DNA of 64,000 nucleotides from Thalassobaculaceae bacterium (GTDB lineage Bacteria; Pseudomonadota; Alphaproteobacteria; Thalassobaculales; Thalassobaculaceae): NCBI GenBank assembly GCA_029212785.1, contig JARGOG010000024.1, positions 41 to 64,040 of the forward strand, read 5' to 3'. Shown piece by piece: positions 62,146 to 64,000 of this stretch (position 1 is its first letter; each line of letters starts with the position of its first letter). The notes under the pieces were generated by a model. It saw only the letters and a program-made list of their open reading frames with translations, ran no database searches and was not told where the DNA came from. The position numbers and the translations under genes were made by a program.

Positions 62146-64000
62146 TCAGGCCTCCAAGGCCCAGTCTGCGGCGATCTGGCTTGCCAGATCGCCCAGTGCG
62201 GCCTCCCAGCGGTCCGGCGGCGGCGCCCAGGCGAATCTGACATCCGGTAACCAGAACGACCGGTCGCTGTCGCGCGGGTAACGGAAGTCATCCTGCAGTT
62301 GCCGCAACGGCACATAGGCCCGTTTGCCAACCCCATGGGCAAGCATGACCGTCGAATTCGCTATGGACACCACCGCGTCGAGCGCGGCGATCTGAGCCGC
62401 CAAGGCGCTGATATCGTCCAAGGAATCGACCTTGGAATCGATGAACGGTTTGACCCCGAGCGCGTCGGTGGCTGCTTTGATATCCGCGTCCTCGGGATTG
62501 TATTGCAGCGAGACGATCTCCGTTTGCGGAAGATTGAAGATCGGTGCCCAGGACTGAAGCGGTGCGACGAACGAGCGATTCTTTGCCGCAGGTTTGACGC
62601 TACGCCACGAGATACCGATCAGACGCTTTGTGCCAAACCGTTTTTGGTACCGGCGACGGAATGCTGCTACGAGATCCTGATTGACCGTTAGAAAGCCGGA
62701 CGTCGGGTGATGCTCCTCGCAAAGCTTCAGCAGGTTCCCGATCGGAAGCTGCATATCCGCCCGAGCTGCCGCCGCATCGGTTTCCGGGTCGCCTCTGGAC
62801 ATGACCTCGATCCAGGGAAATGACCGTCGCACCAGCGGAACGAGCTTGGACGATATCTCCAGGACAACCGAGCCGACGCGTCCCCGGATCTTGTCGAGAT
62901 ACTGCGTGAACCAGATTTCGTCGCCGATTCCCTGCTCGCCCCAGATAAATACGCGCGCTTCCGGCGCCGGCGAGAGATCCCAGACCGGCTTTGCTAGCGA
63001 GGGCTCCGGAAAGAGCTGGCGTGCGGCCGAGAAGCCTTCGACCCGGAAGCGATCTAGGAACCCCTTGACCCCCTCCGCCCGATCCCCGTCCTGCAGATCG
63101 AGATTGGCGAGATTGAACCGGCTCTGCATGTGATCGGGATCAAGCGCCAATGCAGCCTTGAAACGTCGGCGAGAGAGCTCGGAGACACCCGCATAGCGAG
63201 CGATCAACCCCGCATTGAACAGCACATCCACGGATTTCGGCGATATCATCAGCGTCCGCTCGACCCATAGGACTGCTGCGTCGAAATCCAATGTATATTG
63301 CTCTGCCGTGGCTAGGTTCAGAGTGGCTCCCGGATCGTCCGGTGTTGCCAGAAGAATCCGACGCAGAACCGAGCGCGCTTCTGTTCCCCGACGAAGCAAG
63401 GCGAGAGTCGCAGCGTAGTTGTGATCCAGGCCGGGTTGTAGACCGCCACCGGCGAGCGTCCGGGCCCGTCGGATCACCTTGAGCGCGGCTTCCGGCTCCG
63501 GCACCGACAGCTCGACGCGCCCCAGTACCGCATAGGGCGTGAGCAACGCGGGATCAATCACCACAGACCGCCTCAGCGCCTGTCTGGCATCCATGCTCCT
63601 GTCGGCTGACCGAAGCAAAGTCCCCAACCGCTGCCAGGCTTTGGCATTTAAGGGCAGGCGCTGGATCAGGCCTTCCGCCGCCCGAAGAGCATCATCAAGG
63701 CATGACAGGGCGACAAGCGCCTGACTCTGGATCTCCGCTAGTTCGAACGCCTCCGACAGGTCGACCGAAGAGGCGAAGCGAAGCGCGGACAGGACATCGG
63801 ACCAGTTCTCTTTCGACGATTGCAGCAAAACACACGTGCGCAGCAGATTGAGGTCCGTCGGATTCAGAAGGACGCCTGCCAGCTGCGTGACACGCGACGA
63901 TCGCCGCCGTTGCGCCAGAATCCGCCAACTCCGGGCGTCGCCTGGTGCGCAGATCAGGGTACGGTGCAGCAGGTCGCCCGAAGTATTCTCGAATCCGGCA
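62146..64000 (-). CDS. TPR-repeat / GT9-like glycosyltransferase fusion (copy 3); 5' end probably outside the window
   Basis: GT9-like motifs GEQGIGDEIWF and AVVSIANSTVMLAHGVGKRAYVPL. The listed start at 63828 is a TTG. My translation of the same frame from 63999 down to 63829 has no stop (AGFENTSGDLLHRTLICAPGDARSWRILAQRRRSSRVTQLAGVLLNPTDLNLLRTCV), so the gene may extend upstream. Confidence 0.75.
   Translation of the reverse strand, partial: AGFENTSGDLLHRTLICAPGDARSWRILAQRRRSSRVTQLAGVLLNPTDLNLLRTCVLLQSSKENWSDVLSALRFASSVDLSEAFELAEIQSQALVALSCLDDALRAAEGLIQRLPLNAKAWQRLGTLLRSADRSMDARQALRRSVVIDPALLTPYAVLGRVELSVPEPEAALKVIRRARTLAGGGLQPGLDHNYAATLALLRRGTEARSVLRRILLATPDDPGATLNLATAEQYTLDFDAAVLWVERTLMISPKSVDVLFNAGLIARYAGVSELSRRRFKAALALDPDHMQSRFNLANLDLQDGDRAEGVKGFLDRFRVEGFSAARQLFPEPSLAKPVWDLSPAPEARVFIWGEQGIGDEIWFTQYLDKIRGRVGSVVLEISSKLVPLVRRSFPWIEVMSRGDPETDAAAARADMQLPIGNLLKLCEEHHPTSGFLTVNQDLVAAFRRRYQKRFGTKRLIGISWRSVKPAAKNRSFVAPLQSWAPIFNLPQTEIVSLQYNPEDADIKAATDALGVKPFIDSKVDSLDDISALAAQIAALDAVVSIANSTVMLAHGVGKRAYVPLRQLQDDFRYPRDSDRSFWLPDVRFAWAPPPDRWEAALGDLASQIAADWALEA

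Noticed and set aside
36038-64000. Calling the 36-64 kb region a mobile genomic island.
   Set aside because: I see no integrase, transposase, IS end, tRNA gene or direct repeat boundary. Only the last ~4 kb show lower G+C in spot checks. The region is treated as a chromosomal glycan/secretion locus of possibly mosaic origin.

Overview
High-GC bacterial chromosomal window; my spot counts of single 60-nt lines give 40/60 G+C at 121-180 and 37/60 at 57061-57120. The gene content looks alphaproteobacterial. I support about 60 protein-coding genes. I recognised no rRNA, tRNA, CRISPR array, transposase or integrase. All family calls come from reading motifs in the supplied translations; no database search was run.

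The first 36 kb is a mosaic of catabolic, transport and regulatory genes:
- hyuA/hyuB with a small exported-protein gene wedged between them, and two tandem M20 amidohydrolases.
- A five-gene translationally coupled operon ending in dgoK-dgoA-marC.
- An FAH/FAH/SDR/SDR + MFS + AraC sugar-acid cluster.
- An OmpA-family lipoprotein and a TRAP transporter with an unlisted 39-aa ORF.
- An orphan HlyC-type acyltransferase behind a Usp gene, and a lysine-free RTX protein.
- An MttB-family methyltransferase, aminopeptidase P, and a response regulator plus hybrid histidine kinase.

The main result lies at 36-64 kb. Twenty-three co-directional, tightly packed minus-strand genes begin with a PrtD-type T1SS ABC transporter and HlyD adaptor. 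They continue through soluble GT4 and TPR-GT9-like glycosyltransferases. Next comes a large sugar-nucleotide factory:
- GmhA, GmhB and a fused nucleotidyltransferase-kinase with inverted HldE domain order.
- A dedicated transaldolase and a split transketolase.
- Three canonical SDRs plus one lacking YxxxK, two UGDH-like enzymes (one lacking the catalytic Cys), a Gfo/Idh/MocA oxidoreductase, a SAM methyltransferase and a 2OG-oxygenase-like protein.

The block ends with a small, acidic, Ser/Thr-rich RTX protein. No lipid-carrier, flippase, polymerase or polysaccharide-export gene is present in the window. I therefore propose, as inference, a T1SS-linked protein glycosylation system that uses a modified heptose or higher-carbon sugar. 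An S-layer/O-antigen-like or flagellin-glycosylation role remains a possible alternative. A divergent DxD glycosyltransferase, a UDP-galactopyranose-mutase-like gene and a third TPR-GT9-like gene (running off the window) extend the island. That last part is visibly more A/T-rich.
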